Positions 33,793-43,375 are shown, numbered from the stretch's first letter. The stretch is DNA of 64,000 nucleotides from an uncultured Acidimicrobiaceae bacterium (GCA_963768185.1 CAVYGS010000005.1:1203666-1267665), one strand, 5' to 3'. Program-made: numbers and translations. The notes: a model not told the origin generated them from the sequence alone.

Positions 33793-36700
33793 CAGTCGTC
33801 CTCCACGGCATCGGCCGACAGGGCGACGACCTCGCGCAGCTGATCGGTCGACAGCTCGGTCAGCCAGCCCTCTCCGGTGCCGACGATCCGCTCCGCCAGG
33901 GCCCGTTTCGCCTCGATCATGGCGTCGATCCGCTCCTCGAGCGTCCCTCCACATACGAATTTGCGGACTTGCACGTTGTGCTGCTGGCCGATCCGATAGG
34001 CCCGGTCGGTCGCCTGGTCCTCCACCGCCGGATTCCACCACCGATCGAAGTGCACGACCTGGGTTGCCGCCGTCAGGTTGAGGCCGGTTCCGCCGGCCTT
34101 CAAGGAGAGGAGAAACACCGGCGGACCCTCACTGCTCTGAAAGCGCTCGACCATGGCGTCGCGAGCCCGCTTCGTCACTCCGCCGTGCAGCCACAAGACA
34201 TCGCACTGCAGTCGGCGACGCAGGTGTCGCTCGAGCATGCCACCCATCTCCGTGAATTGCGTGAAGACGAGCGATCGGTCGCCCTCGGCGATCGCCTCGC
34301 CGAGGATTTCGACCAGGCGTGTCAACTTGCCCGATCGACCGGCGAGGGAGGAACCGTCGGCGAGAAAGTGCGCCGGATGGTTGCAGACCTGCTTGAGCTT
34401 CATCATGGTGGCCAGCACGAGGCCCCGCCGTTCGATTCCCTCCGCTTCGTCGATCCGGGCGAGCATGTCGTCGACGACAGCCTGGTACAGCGTGGCCTGC
34501 TCGCGAGTCAGGGGGCAGAACTCCTTCATCTCGAGCTTTTCTGGAAGATCGGCGATGATCGTCCGATCGGTCTTGAGGCGGCGGAGGATGAACGGACCGG
34601 TGACCTGGCGCAGCCTGCTCGCCACCTCGTCGTCACCCCCGCGCTCGATCGGTTCGGCGAAGCGTTCTCGGAACCTGCGCTCGGAGCCGAGGATGCCGGG
34701 GTTGAGGAACTCCATGATCGACCAGAGCTCGCTCAGTCGATTCTCGACCGGCGTGCCGGTCATGGCGATGCGCCGCTCGGCCGGAATCGACCGGACGCTC
34801 TGCGTGGTCCGGGCGGCGCTATTCTTGATCTGTTGCGCCTCGTCGAGAACCAGCCGGCGCCAGCGAACGCCGGCCAGCAACTCCATGTCACGCGTGGCAA
34901 GACCGTAGGTCGACAGGACCAGATCCACCTTGCCCGCGTGCTTGGTGAAGTCCTTGTCCGTGAGCCGGTCCGGCCCGTGGTGGACGTACACGGCCAACTT
35001 CGGAGCGAAACGAGCCGCCTCTCGCTGCCAGTTCCCCACCAGGGACATGGGGCAGAGCACCAGCGTCGGGCCCAGTCGGCGTCGCGTCGTTCGGCGAGCC
35101 GTTCCCGACGCGCCGGACCGCTGCTGCTGGCCGTTCGCAGTGAGGGCGGCTCGGGCCCGTTCGTCGACCAACACCGCGAGAAGCTGGGCCGTCTTGCCCA
35201 GTCCCATGTCGTCGGCCAGGCAGGCCCCGAGACCGAGCTCGCCCAAGAAGCTCAGCCATGCGAGCCCACGCTCTTGATAGGGCCTGAGTTCGCCGGCGAA
35301 TCCATCGGGCGTCGGGGTAGGCTCGAGCCTTCGATCCTCGGCACCGGAAAGCAGGTCGCCGAGCCAGCCGTCTGCCGCCACTTCGACGACCGGCAGTCCT
35401 CCTGGACCGGGCCCGAGTCCCAGCGCCGATTGGAGGACGTCTCCGGCGGACATGACCTCGCCAGTAGCGCCCCGCTTCCCGACCGCGGTGATGGCGGCCG
35501 AGAGTTCCCCGTGATGCAGCTCCACCCATTGGCCGCGCACACGCACGAGCGGCTGCTTCAGCCGAGCCAGCTGGCGGAGCTCGGTCACGCTCAGCGTGTC
35601 GTCTCCCAGTACGGCCTCCCACCGGATGTCGCACAGTCCGTCGAGCCCTATGGTGCCGGTGGATGTCCCACCCTTCGAGCTGGCCCGCGCCTTGAGCCGC
35701 AGTCCGAGCCTGGTCCTCGACGAGCGCCACCACGGGGGCGCGAGCACGCCAAATCCGGCCTCCTCCAAGAGAGGGGCGCCGTCGCGAAGGAAGGTCAGGA
35801 TTCCCGCAGCGTCTGTCGTGTAAGCGCAAGGAGTGGCCGCGGACAGTGTCTTCCCTAGCGCAGGGACGAGACGGGCGGCCTGACCGAGACCGCGCAGAAG
35901 GTGTTCGTCGGGATGAACGACGTGGCGCTCGATGGCGGTGAGCGCAGGCCCGTCGGACCAGACGTCCTCGGCGGAAACCACCAGGCTCGGATCGTCGACC
36001 GCCTGGAGGGCGAAATCGATGCGCCAATTCTGTTCTGAATCTGGCGTGCTGTCCTTTCGCCTCCGGGGTCGAACGGGCACGTTCGCCGGGTCGACTCCCT
36101 CTGCGCCCTCGTCGGGAGGAGGGACGATCCGAAAGCAGGTCCGTACCGCTGCGGCCTCCGCACTCTTCGTGGCGTGCCACACGGCGAGCCGTCCGGCGAG
36201 TTGCACGCACTCGTCGTCCTCGCAATCATGGAGGCGGCCATCGGGTGAACCGAGGGCACGCAGCCAGGCATCGAGCGACAGTCGCTCTGACACCCCGTCT
36301 CTTCGCCTTCGGCGTGGAGGGCGTGATCAGGTCCCGGGCAAGGGTGTTCGTCACGGCCCACATCAGCGAGCGAAGGACCTCGTCGCTGGGTTCGGGTCCG
36401 AGCTGACTGACTGAGTCGTCGGTGTTCGACTCCGGCACGCGTGCCGCTGTGAAGGAGGCGGGCAGGGCCCACGCCAGCGCCTCGATCCGACCGCTGTCGT
36501 GCCCGTCGATGAGGGGACGCCAGCAGGCCTTCCATTGACCGGCGATGAACTCGAGATCGGGCAGCAGTCGGCCCCGGGCAAGGAGTTCGACCACCATCTC
36601 GACGGCGTGGGCCGCGAAGCGGATATCAGACCCCAGTTCGACATCCGAGGATCCCGCGTCGGTGAAGGACCGGTCGTTTCCGCTCACCAGGGGCAACAAC

Positions 36701-37095
36701 CGGAGGAACTTCGTTGCAGCAGGGGGGTCGAGAACATACCCGGGGGCCGTCCACAACGAGAGGTCCTCCCAGGAGCTCGAGAACGGTGCGGAGTCAGGTA
36801 TTCGGTCCCCGAGCTCCTCGCCCAGCGTGGAGGCGATCGGAACTCCGCCTACTTCCGGGAGCTGGAGCGTGAGTTTCACGTCCTCCCCCAGCAGGTCCGC
36901 CGCCGCGATCCCCGCACTGTCCGAGACGGCCAGTCGCAGACCGTCCTGATCGAGCACAGAGGGATGGGGTGGGATCCGGCGCGCCGGACGCCGTCGGGGA
37001 ACCGGCATTGCGCGTCCGTTTCCGCCTTCTGCCCAAAGTGCCAGGCGTCTAGAACCGGTCAGCCAGGCGGCATGAAGAACAATCATTGGCCCCAT
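33792..37095 (-). pseudogene. SNF2-family helicase (HelZ-like, about 1100 aa), 1-nt frameshift
   Basis: ORF 33792..36293 holds SNF2_N plus Helicase_C (LRPYQERGLAWLSFL..DDMGLGKTAQ..LVLDEAQQIKN..LLSLKAGGTGLNLTAATQVVHFDRWWNPAVEDQATDRAYRIGQ). ORF 36226..37095 is its N-terminal region (MIVLHAAWLTGSRRLALWAEG..). Removing one G of the GGGG run (plus-strand cccc 36293-36296) gives ..PKAKRRVSERLSLDAWL... Confidence 0.85.
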
Positions 37096-37184
37096 ACTGG
37101 CGCAGCGCTGCCACCGCTCCCGGACTCACCGTCTAAGCAGGTGGCGAGCTGGTGACGGCGTCGGAATGCGCAGGCAACGGGTCG

Positions 37185-37670
37185 CTACGGCGCCAGCCTC
37201 TCTCGGACGAGGTCGATAGGGCGCCGGTAGTCCCGGGCGCTGTTGATGGTCCGCCGAAGCTGGCGGTTGAGCGGCCGGTCGTCCAGTGAGGCCAGGCCGC
37301 CGCTCTGGCTGACGGCCACTTCGGCCAGGAACGCCATGTCGTTCATGCAGCCGAGCACGCTGCGATCGGCGGTCTTGGCAATGACCAGCTCGTCGCTCCT
37401 CGTGTCACCGAACGTATGCGCCGGAAGGCTTTCCTCTTGCAGCTCACGCTCGACGGCCACCGAGACGAGATCGCGGGTCGATCGGAGCTGACCGACTCGA
37501 ACATCTGGTTCGAAGACGCTGAACAACGTCGCGGCGTGCGTGAGGATAAGGCACTTGCGGCGATCGAGGAGGAGCAGGTTGGCGTAGAAGTCCTCATCAC
37601 ATGGCTCGAGCGCCGATACCTCAGGGGGCCTGAGGACGTCGAGGAGCTTCTTGGTACAGCGAAGGACCAC
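37185..37670 (-). CDS. Uncharacterised 161-aa protein downstream of the XRE regulator
   Basis: ORF 37185..37670: MVLRCTKKLLDVLRPPEVSALEPCDEDFYANLLLLDRRKCLILTHAATLFSVF..DRSVLGCMNDMAFLA... The N-terminus resembles, from memory only, the DUF6933 family. It starts 37 nt after the XRE gene. Confidence 0.6.
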   Translation of the reverse strand: MVLRCTKKLLDVLRPPEVSALEPCDEDFYANLLLLDRRKCLILTHAATLFSVFEPDVRVGQLRSTRDLVSVAVERELQEESLPAHTFGDTRSDELVIAKTADRSVLGCMNDMAFLAEVAVSQSGGLASLDDRPLNRQLRRTINSARDYRRPIDLVRERLAP

Positions 37671-37707
37671 CGGCGAATAGTACGAGTCCCGATCAACCCT
37701 GAGTCTT

Positions 37708-37977
37708 TTACGTCGCCTCCCCTTCGAAACGTCTCAAAACGTCGTCCAGGTCGATGCCCGTGTGCGGAGGCGAATCGATCACACTGATGTTGTCGCCGAG
37801 AGCCATAAGGGTGCGGAGGACCAGGCCGAGCTCGACGGACGACTTTCCCGCTTCGAGCGACTTCAGCCAGCGCACGCTGACCCCGGCCTGTTGAGCCAGA
37901 GCCTGCTGACTCATCTTCCTCGTGTTGCGCTGGTGACGAACATGGGCTCCGAGGTCACCGGCGGTTCGAATCATCAT
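37708..37977 (-). CDS. XRE-family helix-turn-helix regulator (HipB/antitoxin-like, 89 aa)
   Basis: ORF 37708..37977: LGAHVRHQRNTRKMSQQALAQQAGVSVRWLKSLEAGKSSVELGLVLRTLMALG. Confidence 0.85.
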   Translation of the reverse strand: MMIRTAGDLGAHVRHQRNTRKMSQQALAQQAGVSVRWLKSLEAGKSSVELGLVLRTLMALGDNISVIDSPPHTGIDLDDVLRRFEGEAT

Positions 37978-37990
37978 GCATGACTCCAGG

Positions 37991-38056
37991 GTGCACGTTC
38001 GTGCACCTCTTCAGTAGTGCACGTTCGTGCCCATTCAGAATAGTGCACGTTCGTAC
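37991..38056. promoter_or_regulatory. Three direct repeats GTGCACGTTCGT(G/A)C at exact 26-bp spacing between the divergent XRE and Fic genes
   Basis: Copies start at 37991, 38017 and 38043. The first copy, GTGCACGTTCGTGCAC, contains two palindromic GTGCAC hexamers. The array begins 14 nt upstream of the XRE start codon. Confidence 0.65.
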
Positions 38057-38203
38057 CCAAAACCCCGAATCCGCGCTGGGTATCGCCAGAGGCTGTGTCG
38101 GACCTCTCGGAGCGCCGGTTGCCCGACAGGTGACATCAAGAAAGCTACATAATGTCGGTTAAGTTCTAACTGGCACTATGAGAAGGAACGGAGGACATGG
38201 GCC

Positions 38204-39484
38204 GTGGCCCGGTACGAGGAACTGATCTGGCAGGGCAGTCCGACGGGGCAGACCCGCCGGGAGCGCACCTCGTGCTCCTACCGCGCCTACCTGCCCGATC
38301 CCCTCGCCGAGCGGGTCCTGGCGCTTCCGGCCGATCTCGTCGCTGACCTCTCCGACGCTGACCGGGCCGTAGCTGCCCTTCAAGACCGGACGACAGGTCT
38401 GGCCAGTGTCGAGTCGGTGGCACGGCTGCTCCTGCGGGCCGAGGCGGTCGGTTCCTCTTATATCGAAGGCCTTCAAGTCAACGCGCGTCGGCTCGCAAAG
38501 GAAGAGTTCGCCGAGCGTGCGGGGCTCCCCGCCAACGACGACACCGCCCGGGCGGTGCTCGGGAACATCCGCGCCATGGGCGGTGCCCTCGAACTGGCTG
38601 ATCTCGACCGGCCGATCACCATCGACGATCTCTGCGGACTGCACCGCGAACTGCTCGCGGGAACTCGGGACGAGCACTGGGGTGGCGTGGTGCGCCAGGA
38701 GCAGAACTGGATCGGTGGCGTCAACCCCTGCCGCGCCGCTTACGTCCCACCGCCCCACGAACTGGTGCACGCTCTGCTCGAGGACCTGTGCTCGTACATG
38801 TCGGGAGACGACCATCCGCCCATCGTCCAGGCCGCCTTGGCCCACGCCCAGTTCGAGACAATCCACCCCTTCGTCGACGGGAATGGGCGGGTCGGCCGGG
38901 CCTTGATCCACCTCATCCTGCGCCGCCGCGGCCTGGCTCCGAACTTCGTGCCTGCGGTCAGCCTCATCCTGGCCACCAATGCCGGTGCCTATATCGCCGG
39001 TCTGGTCTCCTTCCGCTACGACGCTCCGGCTGATGACCCTTTGGCTGCCACAGCGGCAATTCAGTGGATCGACGTCTTCGTCAATGCGTTGCTGCGGGCC
39101 TGTGCCGATGCTGCAGTGTTCGCCGACCAACTCGACAAGCTCGAGGAGCGCTGGCGCGATGCAGTGAGCCCCGTGCGCCGTCGTTCTGCGGCTGACCTGC
39201 TCTTGTCGGCCCTCCCGAGCATCCCGATTCTGACGGTCGAGACAGCGGCAGAGGCCATCGGCCGATCGCGCAAAAGGACGAACGACGCGGTGAATTACTT
39301 GCACGAGCGAGGCGTGCTGCGACAGGGAACCATCGGACGACGCAATCGTGTCTTCGAGGTCGCCGACGTTCTCGACGCAATCACCCAGTTTGAGCGTCGT
39401 CTCGCCTCGCCAGCTGCGGATACCGAGATCGCGCCAGCTGCTCGTGCCGTACCAGCGCGCAACCAGCGGTCAGGACAGGGTTGA
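38204..39484 (+). CDS. Fic-family protein (class II, N-terminal inhibitory motif; C-terminal winged HTH)
   Basis: ORF 38204..39484; the GTG lies 9 nt after GGAGG. Fic motif HPFVDGNGRVGRALIHLIL. The Fic_N-like LLLRAEAVGSSYIEGLQV contains S-x-x-x-E-G. The C-terminal end reads TVETAAEAIGRSRKRTNDAVNYLHERGVL. It looks intact. Confidence 0.9.
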   Translation: MARYEELIWQGSPTGQTRRERTSCSYRAYLPDPLAERVLALPADLVADLSDADRAVAALQDRTTGLASVESVARLLLRAEAVGSSYIEGLQVNARRLAKEEFAERAGLPANDDTARAVLGNIRAMGGALELADLDRPITIDDLCGLHRELLAGTRDEHWGGVVRQEQNWIGGVNPCRAAYVPPPHELVHALLEDLCSYMSGDDHPPIVQAALAHAQFETIHPFVDGNGRVGRALIHLILRRRGLAPNFVPAVSLILATNAGAYIAGLVSFRYDAPADDPLAATAAIQWIDVFVNALLRACADAAVFADQLDKLEERWRDAVSPVRRRSAADLLLSALPSIPILTVETAAEAIGRSRKRTNDAVNYLHERGVLRQGTIGRRNRVFEVADVLDAITQFERRLASPAADTEIAPAARAVPARNQRSGQG

Positions 39485-39557
39485 TCCGCAGTCACCCGCC
39501 ACGACACGAAGACGACGCGCCGCAAGGATCGTGTGCATGGGATTGGTGCCGGTGCGG

Positions 39558-40722
39558 TCATGGTTTGGATAGCGCAGAACTGAGCAGCTCGTCGATGTCG
39601 TCGGCCACGGTCTCGTCTTCGAGTGGCATGGCGTGGGCGTAGTTCCGCAACGTTGTCGAAGGGTCCCGGTGACCGAGTCGCTGCTGAGCCCGGAGCAACT
39701 CGCCTCGCCCGACGAGGAACGTCGCCACACTGTGGCGCAGGCGATGCAGCGACGCCCCCTCGACCTCAGCCAGCCGGGCGAGTTGGGCGAACCAGTGGCC
39801 GAGTGCGCCCGCGGTCAACCGGACCTGGTGATCGGCCGACGGAGAAAAGAGCCACGGTCCCAGACCAACGCCCTCGGGAAGACGGGCGACCCAGCACTCC
39901 GCACTCGAACCCCACAATTCGACCGTCTGGCGCCCGAGGGTGAGCCGTCGCGTCCGGCCCGTCTTGGTGGGCCCGAGCACATCGGCCGAGACGCCCCGTT
40001 CGATGCTGAGCACGCGTCCATCGAGATCGTCGAAGCGCAGCGCCACCAGCTCGCCACGCCGCGCGCCCGAGTCGGCGGCCAAGCGGGCGAGGAGCCGGAT
40101 TTGCTCAGCCTTGTGTCGGTACTTCGCCTCGCGCGACTCGGCGGAGGCAACGAGCGCGTCGGCGGCCTCGAGCAGACGGAGCACCTCATCGGTGCTGATA
40201 TGGAGCCGGGTGCCCGGGCGCTGCGGCCCGCGCATACCCGAGAGCGGGTTGACGTCAATGACGCGCTCGACATGGGCCCAGCCGACAGCCGAACGCAGCA
40301 CGCGGAAGCGCCCCGAGACCACGGCCACCGAGGCGCCCGCCGAACTCCACGCCGCCATCGCCGCCCGCACATGCTCGGGTTTGAGCGTCGACACGCGGCG
40401 CAGCGCCAGTGGGTCCGTACGGAGCGCCTTGACATTCGAGCGCGCCCCGATCCACGTGGCCGGCCGCCAGTCGTGGTGCGCGCTGAGCCAGCGCTCGAGC
40501 AGCTCGGCGACGCTGAGGAACGGCGCCGCCCGCCGGATGGCGCGCCGCTCGGCCCACTCCGCGGCCAGTTCCTTGCGGCGAAGCTCGGCGTCTTGTGCAC
40601 ATCCGTGGAAAGCGAAGGACCGCTGCACCGTGCGCCCCGAGACCGGGTCGACACCGACAGCGACGTCGTATCTCCCAGGTGCCCGGACTGCGCTCGCGTA
40701 TGGTGCCGTCGCCCCACGCCAT
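39558..40722 (-). pseudogene. Tyrosine recombinase / phage-type integrase, 1-nt frameshift near the N-terminus
   Basis: The C-terminal part of ORF 39558..42860 reads ..ARRGELVALRFDDLD..HRLRHSVATFLV..LGHRDPSTTLRNYAH (R..HxxR..Y). The N-terminus MAWGDGTIRERSPGTW is in ORF 40255..40722. Removing one G of GGG (plus-strand ccc 40674-40676) gives ..SPGTWRYDVAVGVDPVSGRTVQRSF... It lies adjacent to the tRNA. Confidence 0.85.
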
Positions 40723-40816
40723 GCGCCCAAAAGTAGGGACGAATGTAGGGACACGGCGCGGATCCCTGGTCCGTGCAGTTGCCCGTTTGTAGTATCTAAG
40801 CTGGGCTTACGAGGCG

Positions 40817-40889
40817 CGCGCTCGGAGGGATTCGAACCCCCAACCTTCTGATCCGTAGTCAGATGCTCTATCCGTTGAGCTACGAGCGC
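40817..40889 (-). tRNA. tRNA-Arg (anticodon ACG)
   Basis: Hand-folded sequence: GCGCTCG-TA-GCTC-AACGGATA-GAGC-A-TCTGA-CTACGGA-TCAGA-AGGTT-GGGGG-TTCGAAT-CCCTC-CGAGCGC-G. It has a 7-bp acceptor stem, a T-loop TTCGAAT and the anticodon loop CU-ACG-GA. CCA is not encoded. Confidence 0.9.
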
Positions 40890-40987
40890 CGAACTGAGGG
40901 TTCCCACGGTACCCGTTCGCCATTCTCGTGTTCCCTGCTGCTCGCAGCCTTGTGCTCGAGTCAGCCGTCTCGTCAACGAGTTGGACG

Positions 40988-41048
40988 TTGACAGTGTCGA
41001 GCACGGGAACCTAGGTTCGTATAGCGCATACCTGTGCGTTAAGCGAAC
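40988..41048 (+). promoter_or_regulatory. pca operon promoter (-35 TTGACA, -10 TAGGTT) overlapped by a dyad PcaR/IclR-type operator
   Basis: TTGACA at 40988-40993, an 18-nt spacer, then TAGGTT at 41012-41017. Dyad: GTTCGTATAGCGCAT (41015-41029) and, inverted, GTTCGCTTAACGCACA (41033-41048). Both resemble the GTTCGATAATCGCAC box that I recall for Pseudomonas putida PcaR. The pcaI start codon is at 41061. Confidence 0.55.
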
Positions 41049-41060
41049 TTTGGGGATTCT

Positions 41061-41885
41061 GTGGCCCAGATCCAGAGTCTTGCCGAGGCCGTCGGCACCC
41101 TGGTCCATGACGGAGATTGCGTCGCCCTCGAGGGCTTCACCCATCTGATCCCAGTCGCGGCCGGTCAAGAGATCATCCGCCAGGGGCGCCGCGACCTGAC
41201 CCTTGTGCGGCTGACCCCCGACGTCGTGTTCGACCAGCTCATCGGGATGGGATGCGCGAAGAAGCTCGTCTTCGGATGGGGCGGGAACCCCGGCGTGGGC
41301 TCCCTGCACCGGTTCCGGGACGCGGTCGAAAACGGCTGGCCACACGAGCTCGAGATCGAGGAGCACAGCCACGCCGGTCTGACGAACCGCTACGTCGCCG
41401 GTGCGTCCGGGGTCCCGTTCGCCACTCTCCGGGGCTACTTCGGGACCGACCTCATGGGAAGGACCGAGACGGTGCGGAGCGTGGTGTGCCCGTTCACTGG
41501 GGAGGAGCTGGCGGCGGTCGCCGCGCTGCGGCCTGACGTCACGATCGTCCACGCCCAACAGGCCGACCACGACGGCAACGTGCTCATGTGGGGCATCACG
41601 GGTGTCAACAAGGAGGCGGTCCTGGCGGCCCACCGAGTGCTCGTCACCGTCGAGCAGGTGGTGGATCGTCTGGAACCACGCCCAGGTGGTGTCTTCCTCC
41701 CCGAGTGGGTCATCGACTCGGTGGTCGAGGCACCCGGTGGCGCGTACCCCTCGTACACCGACGGCTACTACGAGCGGGACAACTCGGCCTATGTGCGTTG
41801 GGACGCGATCAGCAGGGACCGCGACACCTTCGTGGCGTGGATCGAGGAACACGTGCTGCAGACGCCATCGGCGGTGGGCGGGTGA
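41061..41885 (+). CDS. pcaI: CoA-transferase subunit A (probable 3-oxoadipate:succinyl-CoA transferase, by context)
   Basis: ORF 41061..41885: DGDCVALEGFTHLIPVAAGQEIIRQGRRDLTLVRLTPD..GWGGNPGVGSLHRFRDAVENGWP..EEHSHAGL. This is a glutaconate-CoA-transferase-like A subunit and the first gene of the pca operon. Confidence 0.8.
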   Translation: MAQIQSLAEAVGTLVHDGDCVALEGFTHLIPVAAGQEIIRQGRRDLTLVRLTPDVVFDQLIGMGCAKKLVFGWGGNPGVGSLHRFRDAVENGWPHELEIEEHSHAGLTNRYVAGASGVPFATLRGYFGTDLMGRTETVRSVVCPFTGEELAAVAALRPDVTIVHAQQADHDGNVLMWGITGVNKEAVLAAHRVLVTVEQVVDRLEPRPGGVFLPEWVIDSVVEAPGGAYPSYTDGYYERDNSAYVRWDAISRDRDTFVAWIEEHVLQTPSAVGG

Positions 41886-42680
41886 CGACCACCTCCACGG
41901 CCGGGACCACTCGGGCGGGGTCGCCCACCTACGAGCCCGACGACATGATGATCGCGGCCGCCCGCGCGGGCCCTTCGCGGCTATCGGGTCTGTTTCGTGG
42001 GCATCGGGTTGCCGAGCACCGCGGCCAACCTCGCCCGCGCCACCCACAACCCCGACCTCGTGCTCGTCTACGAATCGGGGACGATCGGGGCGAAGCCGAC
42101 GCGTCTGCCGCTCTCCATCGGCGACGGCGAGCTGGCCGCCACCGCGGACTCGGTCGTGTCCGTGCCCGAGATCTTCAACTACTGGGTGCAGGGCGGCCGG
42201 ATCGAGGTCGGCTTCCTCAGTGCCGCCCAGATGGATCGATTCGCGAACCTCAACTCCACGGTGATCGGCGACTATGACCACCCCGCGGTGCGTCTCCCCG
42301 GTGCCGGAGGTGCACCCGAGATCGCGGCCTCCTGCCGTGAGGTCATCGTCCTCATCCGCCAGAGCCATCGCACCTTCGTCGAGCATCTCGACTTCCGCAC
42401 CACGGTGGGCTATGGCGGGGGCCCGGGCGATCGGGCGCGCTGGGGCCTCACCGGGGCGGGGCCGACGCTGGTGATCACCGATCTCGGCCTCCTCCGCCCC
42501 AATCCTGAGACCTGCGAACTCGAGATGGCGGCCCTGCACCCCGGCGTCCACATCGAGCAGGCACGGGCCGCCACGCCGTGGGACCTGAAGGTCGCCCTGG
42601 ATCTCAGAACGACCGAGCCGCTGTCCGGGGAGGAGCTGATCAAGCTCCGCGCGCTGCAAGCGACCCAGAACCACGGCTAG
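41882..42680 (+). pseudogene. pcaJ: CoA-transferase subunit B, 1-nt frameshift near the N-terminus
   Basis: GTG 41882 overlaps the pcaI stop (GTGA) and gives VTTTSTAGTTRAGSPTYEPDDMMIAAARA in the frame of ORF 41588..42277. The body is in ORF 41997..42680, whose open upstream stretch reads LRGYRVCFVGIGLPSTAANLA... Removing one base of ggg/ccc 41968-41973 joins them. Confidence 0.8.
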
Positions 42681-42684
42681 CGCG

Positions 42685-43374
42685 ATGGCACGGGGCACCC
42701 CGCAGATGGTGATCGATCCGCCGTACGACTCGCCCGAGTACCGCTCGAGCGAGCTGCGCCACCCGAAGCGCCCGCTCTTCGCCCTGGCATCGGGACCGAC
42801 CGAGCTGCACGGCCCCGTCTTCGGCGAGCGGTCGGTCCTTCCAGGCGACGCCGACCTCACGACTCAGCACGCCGGGGAACCCCAGGGCGAACGCATCGTC
42901 GTCTCGGGCCGGTTGCTGGACGACCGCGGCAAGCCGATCGCCGGACAGCTCGTTGAGATCTGGCAGACGAACGCAGCGGGCCGCTACGCGCACGACGGCG
43001 ACCAGCACCCCGCTCCCCTCGACCCCAACTTCACCGGCGCGGGTCGATGCCTCACCGACGCCGAGGGCGCCTACCGGTTCGTCACAATCAGGCCCGGCGC
43101 CTACCCGTGGCGCAATCACGTCAACGCGTGGCGCCCGGCGCACATCCACTTCTCGGTGTTCGGGCGGGCGTTCACCGAGCGGCTCGCGACCCAGATGTAC
43201 TTTCCCGGCGACCCGCTGCTCACGCTCGACCCGATCTTCAACTCGGTCAGCGAGCGGACCCGCGACCGGATGGCGAGCTCCTTCGACCTCGACACGACGA
43301 TCGAAGAGTGGGCGCTCGGCTATCGCTTCGACGTGATGGTGGGCGGCCACCTCGCGACCCCGATGGTCGGCTGA
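42685..43374 (+). CDS. pcaH: Protocatechuate 3,4-dioxygenase beta subunit
   Basis: ORF 42685..43374: VEIWQTNAAGRYAHDGDQHPAPLDPNFTGAGRCLTDAEGAYRFVTIRPGAYPWRNHVNAWRPAHIHFSVFG. Confidence 0.9.
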   Translation: MARGTPQMVIDPPYDSPEYRSSELRHPKRPLFALASGPTELHGPVFGERSVLPGDADLTTQHAGEPQGERIVVSGRLLDDRGKPIAGQLVEIWQTNAAGRYAHDGDQHPAPLDPNFTGAGRCLTDAEGAYRFVTIRPGAYPWRNHVNAWRPAHIHFSVFGRAFTERLATQMYFPGDPLLTLDPIFNSVSERTRDRMASSFDLDTTIEEWALGYRFDVMVGGHLATPMVG

Positions 43375-43375
43375 A

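Larger units (their letters stand above)
31210..40858. mobile_element. About 9.6-kb integrative island at tRNA-Arg(ACG), bounded by 43-nt direct repeats
   Basis: A tyrosine integrase lies next to the intact tRNA, with the tRNA 3'-half repeat at the far end. AT-richer stretches occur at 31253-31445, 32583-32822 and 37980-38200. Cargo: IS630, SWIM+SNF2, XRE+161-aa protein, Fic. Confidence 0.8.

Noticed and set aside
38197-38204. ATG 38197 as the Fic start, implying another frameshift.
   Set aside because: GTG 38204 is in frame and sits 9 nt from GGAGG. No correction is needed.
39558-42860. A 1100-aa ORF spanning the integrase, the tRNA-Arg gene and the antisense strand of pcaI/pcaJ.
   Set aside because: Only the last roughly 370 codons (39558 to about 40670) are integrase-like. 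The rest reads through a tRNA gene and antisense to the CoA-transferase genes.
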